Under the pieces are notes generated by a model. That model did not search any database, had not been told where the DNA came from, and was given only the letters and a program-made list of their open reading frames with translations. A program made the position numbers and the translations under genes. A DNA stretch of 64,000 bases from an uncultured Thermoprotei archaeon (GTDB lineage: Archaea > Thermoproteota > Thermoprotei > Thermofilales > B15-G2), in the NCBI GenBank assembly GCA_965367815.1, contig CBDUKN010000010.1:18193-82192 (forward strand). Direction: 5' to 3'. Shown here piece by piece: positions 47,289 to 56,921 of this stretch (position 1 is its first letter; every line of letters starts with the position of its first letter).

Positions 47289-48434
47289 ATGAGAAAAGTG
47301 AAATTAGGTCTCATAGGATGTGGTTGGGCTGCTAAAAGTTTATATGAACCAGCCTTTAGGTTTCTCAAGAAAGGAGAATTAGTAGCTGTTATGGATATAG
47401 TTCCTTCAAGAGCTAAGTATTTGAAAGAATTTTATGGTGCTAAAAGGTATTATACAAGGCTTAAAGAAATAGTTAATGACGATGAAATAGATGCTGTAGT
47501 AGTTTTAACTCCTCCTCATAAACACTTAGAGCCAGTAATTGCTGCTGCTGAAGCAGGAAAGCATGTTTATTGTGAAAAACCTATGGCACCTACTATTAAA
47601 GAAGCTGATATGATGATTGATGTATGTAGGAGAAATAGAGTAAAATTGATGGTTGCTTTTATGAAGAGGTTTAATAAGTCATTTCGTAAAGTTAAGTCTC
47701 TTATAGATAAAGGCGAACTTGGACAAGTCTTTGAATTAAGAGCTATATGGGATAATGCAAGAGTTACGAAGCCTCCCCAAGATGCATATAGATTGAAACT
47801 ATACTCTGGTGGTGGATTTTTACAAGAAGACGGGTCTCACGCACTAGATATCTGTCGTTGGTGGCTTGGAGACGTCGAGGAAGTTTCAGCTTATGTTTCC
47901 ATAATAGCTCCTGACCGCCATGAAACAGAAGACTTAGCGTGTGTAGTAATGAGGCATAAGAGTGGAGCTATAAGCACTTTACATATAACTATGTTAACCC
48001 ATATGACAGGACAAGAAACCTATACAGTTTTCGGAACCGAGGGAACTTTAGAAATAAAATGGATTTATCATAGTTCCAGGAGCCTCGAGCCAGCTATAAT
48101 AAGACTGTACCGTAATAGTCGTGAGATAATAGACTTAACTCTGAGTCCTAAAGCCTCTTGGAATCCCTTAGATGAATTGCGGGAAAATTGGCAGTATTTG
48201 GTTGAATTAGAACATTTTTGCGAGTGTATTATTGAGGATAAAACTCCTTATTGTACCGGAGAAGACGGTCGTGCAGTAGTAGAGTTAGTTAATGCAGCAT
48301 ATCTATCTGCTTGGAAAGGAGTAAAAGTAAAGTTACCATTAAAGGAGGTACCTGATTTTAAAGAGTTCTTCAAAGAATTAAGAGCTAAGAGTCCTTGGTC
48401 ATTAGGAGATAAAGAATGGTATAGTTGGTATTAA
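47289..48434 (+). CDS. Gfo/Idh/MocA-family oxidoreductase
   Basis: 'LGLIGCGWAA', 'AGKHVYCEKPM', 'GGGFLQEDGSHALD'; GGAGGTGA SD. Confidence 0.93.
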   Translation: MRKVKLGLIGCGWAAKSLYEPAFRFLKKGELVAVMDIVPSRAKYLKEFYGAKRYYTRLKEIVNDDEIDAVVVLTPPHKHLEPVIAAAEAGKHVYCEKPMAPTIKEADMMIDVCRRNRVKLMVAFMKRFNKSFRKVKSLIDKGELGQVFELRAIWDNARVTKPPQDAYRLKLYSGGGFLQEDGSHALDICRWWLGDVEEVSAYVSIIAPDRHETEDLACVVMRHKSGAISTLHITMLTHMTGQETYTVFGTEGTLEIKWIYHSSRSLEPAIIRLYRNSREIIDLTLSPKASWNPLDELRENWQYLVELEHFCECIIEDKTPYCTGEDGRAVVELVNAAYLSAWKGVKVKLPLKEVPDFKEFFKELRAKSPWSLGDKEWYSWY

Positions 48435-48644
48435 TGGAGTTCGGTAAGTCAAAGTGAAATAGGTTTTAGCATAAAGTAATAGTCTATGGAAGCATAAAGT
48501 TCGGAGAACTAATTATACGACTCAGGGACTTTTAAAAGTTGAGGGATAGACTTAGTATTTTAATGATAATGTATATATAAAGATCTAAGTAGGCTAGGCT
48601 TAAAGTATTAGAGACCAGCTAATAATACTAGTTGGTCGAGGAAT

Positions 48645-50498
48645 ATGAGCCGAGCAGTTATTAGGTTTGCGATACAGGGAGATATTCACTCCTATCGTCA
48701 CATTCCTCCTTGTCATAAAATTTCTCGTTCATACATGGTTAAATTAATTAATGATTTACCTAAAGTTAAGGCTGACATATTTTTTATACTAGGCGATTAT
48801 GCTGATAGAGACTATCCTATAGTTATGGAATTATCTAAATTATCGAAAGTTCCCATAATTTACCAACACGGCGACCATGAGTTTTTTGGTGATTGGACAG
48901 CTGGACTTTGTACTCGTAATTACGAGAAAAAGGTAATCATCGGAGAACCATGCGATCCTCTAGTTTATATGTTTGGTGGAGTTCCTAGATGCGAGGCTTG
49001 GACCGGATTGCCGAGATTTTGGAGCTTTATTTTCAAAGGAGTACATTTTATTATTTCATTTAATGGAAAGTTTGAGGTATGGCCAACCTATTTTCTAAAG
49101 TGGCTGGACACTGTTTTAAATGAGCATAAAGACTTAACTACAGTAATTTTAGGTCATAGACCCTTATATGAGGATGGAAGTTGTGCAGAAGCTATGCGAA
49201 AAATACTTAAGAGAAATAGACAAGTCAAACTTTATTGTTATGCTCATAAACATGAAGGAGATTCGCTAAGATTTTTAGGAGAAGTATTACAGGTTCCTGC
49301 AGAGTTATTAAATGATTTTACGACACGGCGAACCTATGAAGGAGATTGGTACGTGCTTATTGAAATCTTAAATAGTGGAATTAGAATTTTAAGGCGGAAT
49401 TTCTCTACATGTGAAACTAACTTAGTTTACTTCTATAAGACAAGAACTACCGTAGGAACAGAAGATGATTCTCATGTTCATCTTCCTTATATAACTCCAG
49501 ATAAAGGTAGTTTTAGCGTGCCAACTTTATGGCTAAAAAATGCAAAGATACGTGTTTGGTCACTTAGTAAAGAGGAAATTCTTCCAGATCCCTTATTAAA
49601 AAGAGGTTTAATTATTTGGAAAAGTTTAAACGGAGCTAGAATAAGTATTGTAAAGGCTAATAAACTTAAGTTATCTCTTTTAGATATTCATTATGCTATT
49701 AAAATTAAAGTTAAAGAGATCAAAGGCTCTTTAACAAATCCTGTGAGAATATGTGAAACTACTTTACCTGTCAAATTTAACATTGAGGGTATTGGAGAAA
49801 GTGGAAGCACTAATGGGGGAGCGCTCTACGACTTTCTCTTAATAGCACAAGTTCCTACTGGAAGAAGATTGAGGCTTATAGTAGAAGGAATAACTCCGGA
49901 AGGGAATGTTGAAAGTCGTCAATATATCGATATTATCGGATGTAATGGCATCTCCTCTGCTGTGCTTAAAGTAGGCCATCTTAGAATTAATGGTAAATGG
50001 CACTGGATGTCATTTCACACTAAAAGCGGTGAAGTTATGATAAAAGCTAAGGGGCCTAGAAAAGCTAATAAACTTAAGATCTCTTTGGCGGTACCAGAAT
50101 GTGTTAAAGAGGCAGAATATTTCTTTATACTTCTTGTCTACCCACATGAAGGAATGTATACTCTAGTTGATGAAGGAACTAACTTCAGTCGTAAAATTAA
50201 GTTAAAAATAAATAGCAAATACTTTTATCTAGGAGATATCAAGCCCTGTGAATTCAAAGAAATTGAAATAGGGGATTTAATCGGTGGAAGTGTAATCAGC
50301 GTACAATGTAATGGTAGTAAATTGGTCATTGTAGAGCTAATGGGTGAAACTCCTGTCATTTTTCAGCATTTAGTGTATAAAGCTAAGAAACTAAATGAAA
50401 AACTTATTGGATACGAACTCTCAAATTTATCAAAATTAATGCTAAAAAACCAAGTATTCAAAGAAAAAGTAGGGAGAGCTTCTTTGATATTTTTTTAA
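48645..50498 (+). CDS. Calcineurin-like metallophosphoesterase with a long C-terminal extension
   Basis: GDIH, LGDY, GDHE, GHRP and AHKH motifs in the first ~210 aa. Confidence 0.75.
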   Translation: MSRAVIRFAIQGDIHSYRHIPPCHKISRSYMVKLINDLPKVKADIFFILGDYADRDYPIVMELSKLSKVPIIYQHGDHEFFGDWTAGLCTRNYEKKVIIGEPCDPLVYMFGGVPRCEAWTGLPRFWSFIFKGVHFIISFNGKFEVWPTYFLKWLDTVLNEHKDLTTVILGHRPLYEDGSCAEAMRKILKRNRQVKLYCYAHKHEGDSLRFLGEVLQVPAELLNDFTTRRTYEGDWYVLIEILNSGIRILRRNFSTCETNLVYFYKTRTTVGTEDDSHVHLPYITPDKGSFSVPTLWLKNAKIRVWSLSKEEILPDPLLKRGLIIWKSLNGARISIVKANKLKLSLLDIHYAIKIKVKEIKGSLTNPVRICETTLPVKFNIEGIGESGSTNGGALYDFLLIAQVPTGRRLRLIVEGITPEGNVESRQYIDIIGCNGISSAVLKVGHLRINGKWHWMSFHTKSGEVMIKAKGPRKANKLKISLAVPECVKEAEYFFILLVYPHEGMYTLVDEGTNFSRKIKLKINSKYFYLGDIKPCEFKEIEIGDLIGGSVISVQCNGSKLVIVELMGETPVIFQHLVYKAKKLNEKLIGYELSNLSKLMLKNQVFKEKVGRASLIFF

Positions 50499-50905
50499 AA
50501 AGTAAATTCTTATGCTAAGGTTTTACAGAGCATTGTAGAGGCATTTAGTCTTCACTAGGCTTTATTTCGATGGCGCCAAGAGACTAATTAAAGTATTCTT
50601 TGACGTAAAGCTTTTAGAAGTTTTAGTGATTTACTGAGAGATATTGAGCCATCAATGTTACTGGGTGATACTAGGGCTCAGGAAGTAATAAGCTGGGGAA
50701 ACTTTAGTTCTTCAACTATGTTCAGCATATTAAGTGATACTTACGCTCTATATTACTACTAAATACTTTTTACTGAAAAATTTCCGAAAAACTCTTGAAA
50801 AGACATACATAGAAGAGTAGCTGATGATATAAACTCAAAGTGTAGAGAGATGGTAGGCTTTGCGGTGAGCTTAAAAGGCTTTGTGTTTAATAAACTACGT
50901 TAAGT

Positions 50906-51307
50906 ATGCATGAATGGGCTTTAGCTGAAGCTATTGTGTGGAGCATAGTAGACTACGTTAAAGCTAATGGAGGAAAAGCCGCGGGGAAAGTCGTAGTGAG
51001 TCTTGGCGAGCTTCAGGCAATAAATAAAGAAGTTTTAAGGTACGCTTTAAGCGAACTTGTCAAGGAGGCTCCCTTCAAGATAAGTGGAGTAGAGCTAGTA
51101 GACGAGAAAGCTGTTTTCAGGTGTAGGAACTGTGGACATGAATGGGGTTTAGATGACTTAAAGCTCGGAGACGAAATAAGAGAATTCATACACTTTTTGC
51201 CAGAAGTAGTTCACGCTTACGTCAAGTGTCCTTCATGTGGTTCATCTGACTACGAAGTTGTTTCTGGGCGTGGAGTTAAGATTATTTCAATTGAGGTGGT
51301 TAAATAA
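50906..51307 (+). CDS. hypA: Hydrogenase nickel incorporation protein HypA
   Basis: 'MHEWALA', 'LGELQ', CRNC and CPSC Zn motifs, 'SGRGV'. Confidence 0.95.
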   Translation: MHEWALAEAIVWSIVDYVKANGGKAAGKVVVSLGELQAINKEVLRYALSELVKEAPFKISGVELVDEKAVFRCRNCGHEWGLDDLKLGDEIREFIHFLPEVVHAYVKCPSCGSSDYEVVSGRGVKIISIEVVK

Positions 51308-52032
51308 TGGAGCTTGATCCCCGTTTCTCAGCTATAGAAAGAAGACTTTCTAGAGTCTCCAATATAGTTGCTGTTGTAAGCAGTAAAGGTGGCGTAGGCA
51401 AGACACTAGTATCTACCCTGCTGGCCGTAGAGCTTGCTAGAAGAGGACTTAAAGTAGGTTTACTCGACTTAGATGTAACTAACCCGACGGCTCATATAGT
51501 CTTAGGAACAAGTATTGAGAATCTGCCTGAAGAAGAAAAGGGTGTTGTCCCACCTACAGTAGCCGGAGTAAAATTTATGAGCGTAGCATACTACGCAGGC
51601 GAAAACCCTTTGCCCTTACGAGGGCACGAAATATCGTCAGCTATAAGAGAAATACTCACTATTACTAGGTGGGAGAACTTAGACTACCTCCTCATAGACA
51701 TGCCTCCTGGAATGAGCGACGAATTCCTAGAAGTATTAACCTACATTAAGAGAGCACAACTACTACTCATAACAACTCCGTCTTTGCTAAGCATAGTTTC
51801 ACTTAAACGCTTAGTCAAATTAGTGCAGAGAAAAATAGTAGGCATAATAGAAAACATGGCAGAAAAACCTTCTCAAGAAGTCCCTAAACTAGCAGAAGAA
51901 ATAGGAACAAAGTACTTGGGAAACATACCCTACACACCAGAAATAGAAAACCACATAGGAAACCCCCACGAAATACTACAAACACCCTTCGGAAAAGCAC
52001 TAACAAAAATAGCAGACAACTTCCTCACATAA
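51307..52032 (+). CDS. Mrp/NBP35-family ATPase (probably ATPase-type HypB)
   Basis: 'SSKGGVGKT', 'LDLD', 'IDMPPG', 'IIENM'; translationally coupled to hypA as in Thermococcales. Confidence 0.85.
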   Translation: MELDPRFSAIERRLSRVSNIVAVVSSKGGVGKTLVSTLLAVELARRGLKVGLLDLDVTNPTAHIVLGTSIENLPEEEKGVVPPTVAGVKFMSVAYYAGENPLPLRGHEISSAIREILTITRWENLDYLLIDMPPGMSDEFLEVLTYIKRAQLLLITTPSLLSIVSLKRLVKLVQRKIVGIIENMAEKPSQEVPKLAEEIGTKYLGNIPYTPEIENHIGNPHEILQTPFGKALTKIADNFLT

Positions 52033-52140
52033 GTAAAGTTTTACAACACTTAAATACTACTTAGATACTCTCTTATTTTAATACTTAAAACAATACTTCT
52101 TCACCTCCATGCCCTAATATTGTATAACTTAACTTCAAAG

Positions 52141-52395
52141 TTAATGCTTGTAAACTTCACGTCGATGCGCTATTCTTAAAATCCACATTTCATTTTTATA
52201 CCATAATATTTTGTAAACAATTCGGTAATCTCCTACACGTAGCCTATAAGTATTCGAGAATCCTTTAAGCTTCTTAACACCCCGCGGAAATGGAGTTTCG
52301 TATAAGGTAATAATAGCTTTCCTTACTCTCTGCCTAACTTCAGAAGGTAGACGTTTAAAATCTCTAGCTGCTTTTCGAGAAAAATATACCTTCAT
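52141..52395 (-). CDS. relE: RelE/ParE-family toxin
   Basis: 'KKLKGFSNTYRLRVGDYRIVY...IAHRREVY'. Confidence 0.92.
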   Translation of the reverse strand: MKVYFSRKAARDFKRLPSEVRQRVRKAIITLYETPFPRGVKKLKGFSNTYRLRVGDYRIVYKILWYKNEMWILRIAHRREVYKH

Positions 52396-52571
52396 TCCTC
52401 GTCTAGAATCTTTTCTGCTGGAATCTTGTTCCCTTTTTCCATATCTTCCATAATCTCTTTAAGCTCTTTAGCAAACTCCTCTGAAACTTCTTCCTCACCT
52501 ATAAGCGCATCTAACTTAGCCTCAATTCTAATAAGTCTCTCTCGGATATCCTTAAGCAAAGCCTCAGACAT
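52392..52571 (-). CDS. Acidic antitoxin of RelE (59 aa, not in the ORF track)
   Basis: MSEALLKDIRERLIRIEAKLDALIGEEEVSEEFAKELKEIMEDMEKGNKIPAEKILDEE*; ATGA overlap with relE. Confidence 0.82.
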   Translation of the reverse strand: MSEALLKDIRERLIRIEAKLDALIGEEEVSEEFAKELKEIMEDMEKGNKIPAEKILDEE

Positions 52572-52723
52572 GCTGACTATGAATATAATTAAGACTAATA
52601 AAAACTTTACTACATTTTATCACAGTAAAAATAAAACCACCATTAGAATTCACGAGTACTACCCCTATTAAGCACAAATATACTTTATACGACTCTCTAA
52701 ACAACAATTCTCAGAAAATTAAC

Positions 52724-52919
52724 CTACCTTACAATAAACTTACTAAGATTTACTTTAGATTTCGAAAAATATAATATTTCTAGCCCCACTACTTCTCCTT
52801 TTTCGTTAAAGTCGACAATAATATTGTCATTTGCCTCAGTACTGCAAACTACTTTACCATCTTTTATTTTTAATATATAGCGCATCGGCTACAGGGTCAT
52901 ACTCTATACGATACTCCAC
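52724..52919 (-). pseudogene. DUF2283-family gene, frameshifted
   Basis: 'MEYRIEYDPVADALYIK', a frameshift in an A-run, then 'IKDGKVVCSTEANDNIIVDFNEKGEVVGLEILYFS'. Confidence 0.75.
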
Positions 52920-53520
52920 AAACTAGTAACCACTAACTTACTTAATTACTTTACTTAGAAACCAGCTACGCTAATTAAGGTTCAAGCAAGCCTTAAATAT
53001 TTTTAAATAACTCTCTCCTACGTGAAAAAGAATCAAGACACTTACAGGCTATCTTCTCCTAATCATTTTTCTCTCACTACTTAATTTAGCCTTAAGCTCA
53101 CCTCAAGCTACTAACAAAAACGTTGCTCACATCTTATCAATAGCATGTAGCAAAAGAGTAAAAACATTAGTGACGCAGAAATTCATGTAAGTCTCGAAAA
53201 CTTCCTAACAAAAAGAACAGAAATAACACTTCTCTTAGACACTGCAGTAGATTTACATGAAGAAAAATACACATAATAGCAAATTTTTTGCTTTCTATTA
53301 AATAACTTAACTCTCTTCTGTAGTAGTTTAGTGCAAAAGCAATTTACCATTATACTTTCTTCTTAGTGTCTTGCGTTCCTTGCCTTTTACTGCTGAAATC
53401 TAGTTTATTGATAAGTTCTTTAGTTTTCTGAATAGATATGGTTTAATTAGTTTTCTTTAACGGTTTTATTTAATTTGATTATGTCTTCTTCGCTGAGCTA
53501 CTCTGGAGCTATCAATTTAT

Positions 53521-54582
53521 TTACTTGAATCTTTCTGAGAGTTTTTTCAGTTTTTTGACGTATTTTTCTATTTTATTGTTGTCTAGTAGTATTGTTTTTA
53601 GCTCTGTTTGAAGATATAGGTGTTTGAGTCCATGTTCCTCTATTTTAGCTAGATATGCTTCTCTAAGCGGTGTCTTTGTGTCTATGGTTTCGTGTATTGC
53701 TTCGGTGGCTGCTAGTCCGGAGTGCATGGCGTAGTATATTCCTTCGCCTGTGTCGCTTCTTATGAAGCCTCCGGCGTCTCCTGTGAAAACTATGTTTCCT
53801 ACTGTTAGGTCTTCTGGGTTTTTGGGACCTGTTATTGGTAGCATGTATGTTTCTAGCTTGATTATCTGTTTTTCTTTGAATTTTTTCTCAATGAATGCTA
53901 GTAGTTTTTCTTTGAGTTCTTTTCCTGTTTTCAGGTATTTTAGTGGGTAGCCTAAGCCTACTACTATGACTTTTTCTCTTTCAGCTATCCATGTCCAGCC
54001 TCCTGGAGTTGTTGAGGCGTTGTAGTGTACTTCGAAGTATTTGCCTATGGTTTTTCTGTCTTCGAGCGAAACTTTGAGGTATGCTTGTATTGTTACTGCG
54101 AGGTTTTCCTTGCTCCACGGTTTTCCAAGACTCCTTGCTACTATAGAGTATACTCCGTCTGCGGCTACAACATACTTGGCTTCAATAATCTTGTTCTTTA
54201 GAACGACTTTGCAAATGTTTTTCGACTGGTGTACAGCTAGTACTCTGCAGTTATCTGAGACTATTCCGCCTGCTTTAATTGCTTTCTTGACTAGAGCGTA
54301 GTCGAATTTCTTTCTGTAGACTACTGCTCCTGGCTCAGGGAACTCTACTGTCGCGTATGTTCCGCTAGGCGCGACGATTTTTACTCCAATTACTTGAGAA
54401 GCTACTGTTTCCTCATCTATGTCGAAGTCTTCGAGGACTCTAGGGTAGAGTACTCCAGCGCAAGGCTTGTGTCTAGGTAAAGGATATTTCTCTAGTCCTA
54501 GTACTTTTAAGCCTAGTTCAGTGCAGCGCTTAATAGCCATTGCTCCAGCAGGCCCACATCCAACTACTACAACATCGTACAT
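53521..54582 (-). CDS. Geranylgeranyl-reductase-family FAD oxidoreductase
   Basis: 'YDVVVVGCGPAG', 'RHKPCAG', 'AADGVYS', 'GDAGG...TGEGIYYAM'. Confidence 0.9.
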   Translation of the reverse strand: MYDVVVVGCGPAGAMAIKRCTELGLKVLGLEKYPLPRHKPCAGVLYPRVLEDFDIDEETVASQVIGVKIVAPSGTYATVEFPEPGAVVYRKKFDYALVKKAIKAGGIVSDNCRVLAVHQSKNICKVVLKNKIIEAKYVVAADGVYSIVARSLGKPWSKENLAVTIQAYLKVSLEDRKTIGKYFEVHYNASTTPGGWTWIAEREKVIVVGLGYPLKYLKTGKELKEKLLAFIEKKFKEKQIIKLETYMLPITGPKNPEDLTVGNIVFTGDAGGFIRSDTGEGIYYAMHSGLAATEAIHETIDTKTPLREAYLAKIEEHGLKHLYLQTELKTILLDNNKIEKYVKKLKKLSERFK

Positions 54583-54740
54583 TAGCTCTAGTTAAGAAAA
54601 GAGTATTACCCATAATAAGTTCACTGCTCAGGCTATACAGGGGTATATAGCTCTTCTGCAAAACTGTTTGCATGTTTTCTTACAATATGCCGTAAATACT
54701 ATGTGACAATTATAATATAGTTAATGGAAGCTATTCTATT

Positions 54741-56798
54741 ATGTGCTGTGGGAAATTTCCTGTAGAGTATGGTTTGGGAGAAGCTGAGAGTGGGGTGCCA
54801 CTAGGAGGCTTAGGGACGGGCTATATAACATTGGGGAGTGACGGTGCTTTTCAAGAGATAGTAACAATGGGTAATCCGCGTTCACCTATCTTGAGGCCTA
54901 AGTGCTCTTTTCTGACGATTTTTGCCTCTAGTACTGAGTATAAAGTGGCAAAAGTGCTTGAGAATCCGGCGCCTCTTGGTCTTCCTGCTATTAAGTACTT
55001 GAAGTACTCGGGTCTATTTCCCTTCGCTAATATTCGCTACATTGATGACGAGTTTCCAGTATATCTGTATCTTACTGCTTTCTCTCCTTTTGTTCCTGGA
55101 GACTCTAAGCACTCGGGTCTGCCTGTAGCGCTATTTAAGCTAGTTGCTCGGAGTAAAGTCTCGGAGCTGTTGACTATAGCTGTTCTTTTCTCCTGGGAAG
55201 GCTCTAGTCTAGGATCAAAAGTGTTTGAAGAAGAAGGAGTTAAAGGAGTTACTTTAGAGGCGAAGCAAGGTAACTATACTATAGCTTCTATGATAGAGAA
55301 AGAAATTGAAGTGGAGGTGTCGCCTCCTTGGACTAAAAGTGATGTGAAGCTTTTTTGGGACGATTTTGCTGAAGACGGTAAGTTTGCGGAGTTTAAGGGG
55401 TCTTTAGGAGAGGATACTGCGAGAGCTCTTGTGCTAAGATTCGTGTTACCGCCTTTTAGAGAAAAAGAGACAGTATTTGCTCTCAGCTGGTTTTTCCCTG
55501 ATTTGAGAGATTCGGAGGGCAAGTTTATAGGCAGAATGTATGCTAACTGGTTTAACGACTCGAAGGAAGTAGCAGTTTATGCTATGCGGAATTTCACAAA
55601 CCTTTATGAGCGAACCACTGTTTTGCACAGAGGAGTAAAGGCTTTTAAGCTGCCTGAATGGCTTGAAGACGCTTTATTGAATAGCCTCTACTCTTTAGCC
55701 AAAAATACTCTGTGGATAAAGGACGGTAAGTTTGCTCACAGTGAATCGTTTACAGGCTGCCCTATTACAGAGACTATAGTTTGCCGTTTCAATGGCTCGC
55801 TTCCTCTACTACTCTTCTTCCCAGAACTTGAGCTAAAAGTGATGCGCCACTTTGCACTTCTACAGCGTGAAGACGGCGCAATACCTTTTGCTTTCGGGAA
55901 ACCCGAGTTTTTCGATAAGCCTTACTATGAGACACAGAAGTCACTTGATTCTTCAGAGTTCGTGCTCATGGTTTACCGCGACTACTTATTCACAAGAGAC
56001 GAGAAGTTTCTAGAGGATCTTTACCCGCATGTCAAGAAAGCTATATGTTATGCTCAGAGCTTAGATACTGACGGCGACTGCCTTGTGAACGAAGTTTCTA
56101 TGCAGTATTATGATCAGTGGCGTTTTTACGGTACGTCAGCCTATGTAGCGGGCATATGGCTAGCTGCGCTAAGAGCAGCTGAGGAGATGGCAAAAATCAT
56201 GGGCGACGAGAAGTTCAGTGCTGAGTGTAGAGCATGGTTTGATAAAGGAAGAGAGAACTATGAACGTAAACTCTGGAACGGCACTTACTATAGGCTTTAC
56301 AATGAGCCAGAAACAGGGAAAATTTCCGAAGTTTGTCTATGCAATCAGCTTATGGGCCAACTCTACGCTTATCTTTTAGGACTAGGCGATATGTTTCCAA
56401 GAGAACATACAGTAAGTGTTCTTCGGGCTATTTTCCGCCTAAATGTCAAGGCGACAAAATTTGGCGCCGTAAGTGGAGTGAGACCTGATGGAACTCCTGA
56501 GCCAGGGCCTCACTCAGAAACTGTCATTTTCGGCGAAGTGATGAACTATGCTGCAACCTGCCTCTATGTAGGCTTACGCGATGAGGGACTCGGAGCCGCG
56601 GAAAGAGCTTATGAAAACATTGTTTATTATCAAAAATCGCCGTGGAACATATACTTCAGCTATGATAGAGAAACAGGAGAACCTATTTGGGGAAGCAACT
56701 ATTACAGCAATATGTGCGTATGGCATTTTCTACCAGCATGGCTAAGAGTAGATGTAGGTAAGCTCAAAGAGTACATACATAAATATTTTCATACATAG
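54741..56798 (+). CDS. GH116 (GBA2-like) glycosidase
   Basis: 'GVPLGGLGTG', 'FSPFVPGDSKHSGLP', 'DTDGD', 'QYYDQW', 'LWNGTYY'. Confidence 0.9.
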   Translation: MCCGKFPVEYGLGEAESGVPLGGLGTGYITLGSDGAFQEIVTMGNPRSPILRPKCSFLTIFASSTEYKVAKVLENPAPLGLPAIKYLKYSGLFPFANIRYIDDEFPVYLYLTAFSPFVPGDSKHSGLPVALFKLVARSKVSELLTIAVLFSWEGSSLGSKVFEEEGVKGVTLEAKQGNYTIASMIEKEIEVEVSPPWTKSDVKLFWDDFAEDGKFAEFKGSLGEDTARALVLRFVLPPFREKETVFALSWFFPDLRDSEGKFIGRMYANWFNDSKEVAVYAMRNFTNLYERTTVLHRGVKAFKLPEWLEDALLNSLYSLAKNTLWIKDGKFAHSESFTGCPITETIVCRFNGSLPLLLFFPELELKVMRHFALLQREDGAIPFAFGKPEFFDKPYYETQKSLDSSEFVLMVYRDYLFTRDEKFLEDLYPHVKKAICYAQSLDTDGDCLVNEVSMQYYDQWRFYGTSAYVAGIWLAALRAAEEMAKIMGDEKFSAECRAWFDKGRENYERKLWNGTYYRLYNEPETGKISEVCLCNQLMGQLYAYLLGLGDMFPREHTVSVLRAIFRLNVKATKFGAVSGVRPDGTPEPGPHSETVIFGEVMNYAATCLYVGLRDEGLGAAERAYENIVYYQKSPWNIYFSYDRETGEPIWGSNYYSNMCVWHFLPAWLRVDVGKLKEYIHKYFHT

Positions 56799-56870
56799 TT
56801 TAGAACAAAGACTGTTCTCAATTCAGTTACTTTAGCTTTTGAAAAAGCTAAACTCTAGAGCTCAATAATT

Positions 56871-56920
56871 TTGCAGTGTCATTGCAAATTACTTATATAC
56901 TTGTTTGCAGTAATACTGCA
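56871..56920. promoter_or_regulatory. Two TGCA-N7-TGCA palindromes flanking the TATA box of the ATPase gene
   Basis: TTGCAGTGTCATTGCAA (56871-87), TTATATA (56893-99), TGCAGTAATACTGCA (56906-20), GTG at 56922. Confidence 0.55.
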
Positions 56921-56921
56921 T

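Noticed and set aside
52426-52671. 81-aa plus-strand ORF
   Set aside because: Antisense shadow of the RelE antitoxin at 52392-52571.
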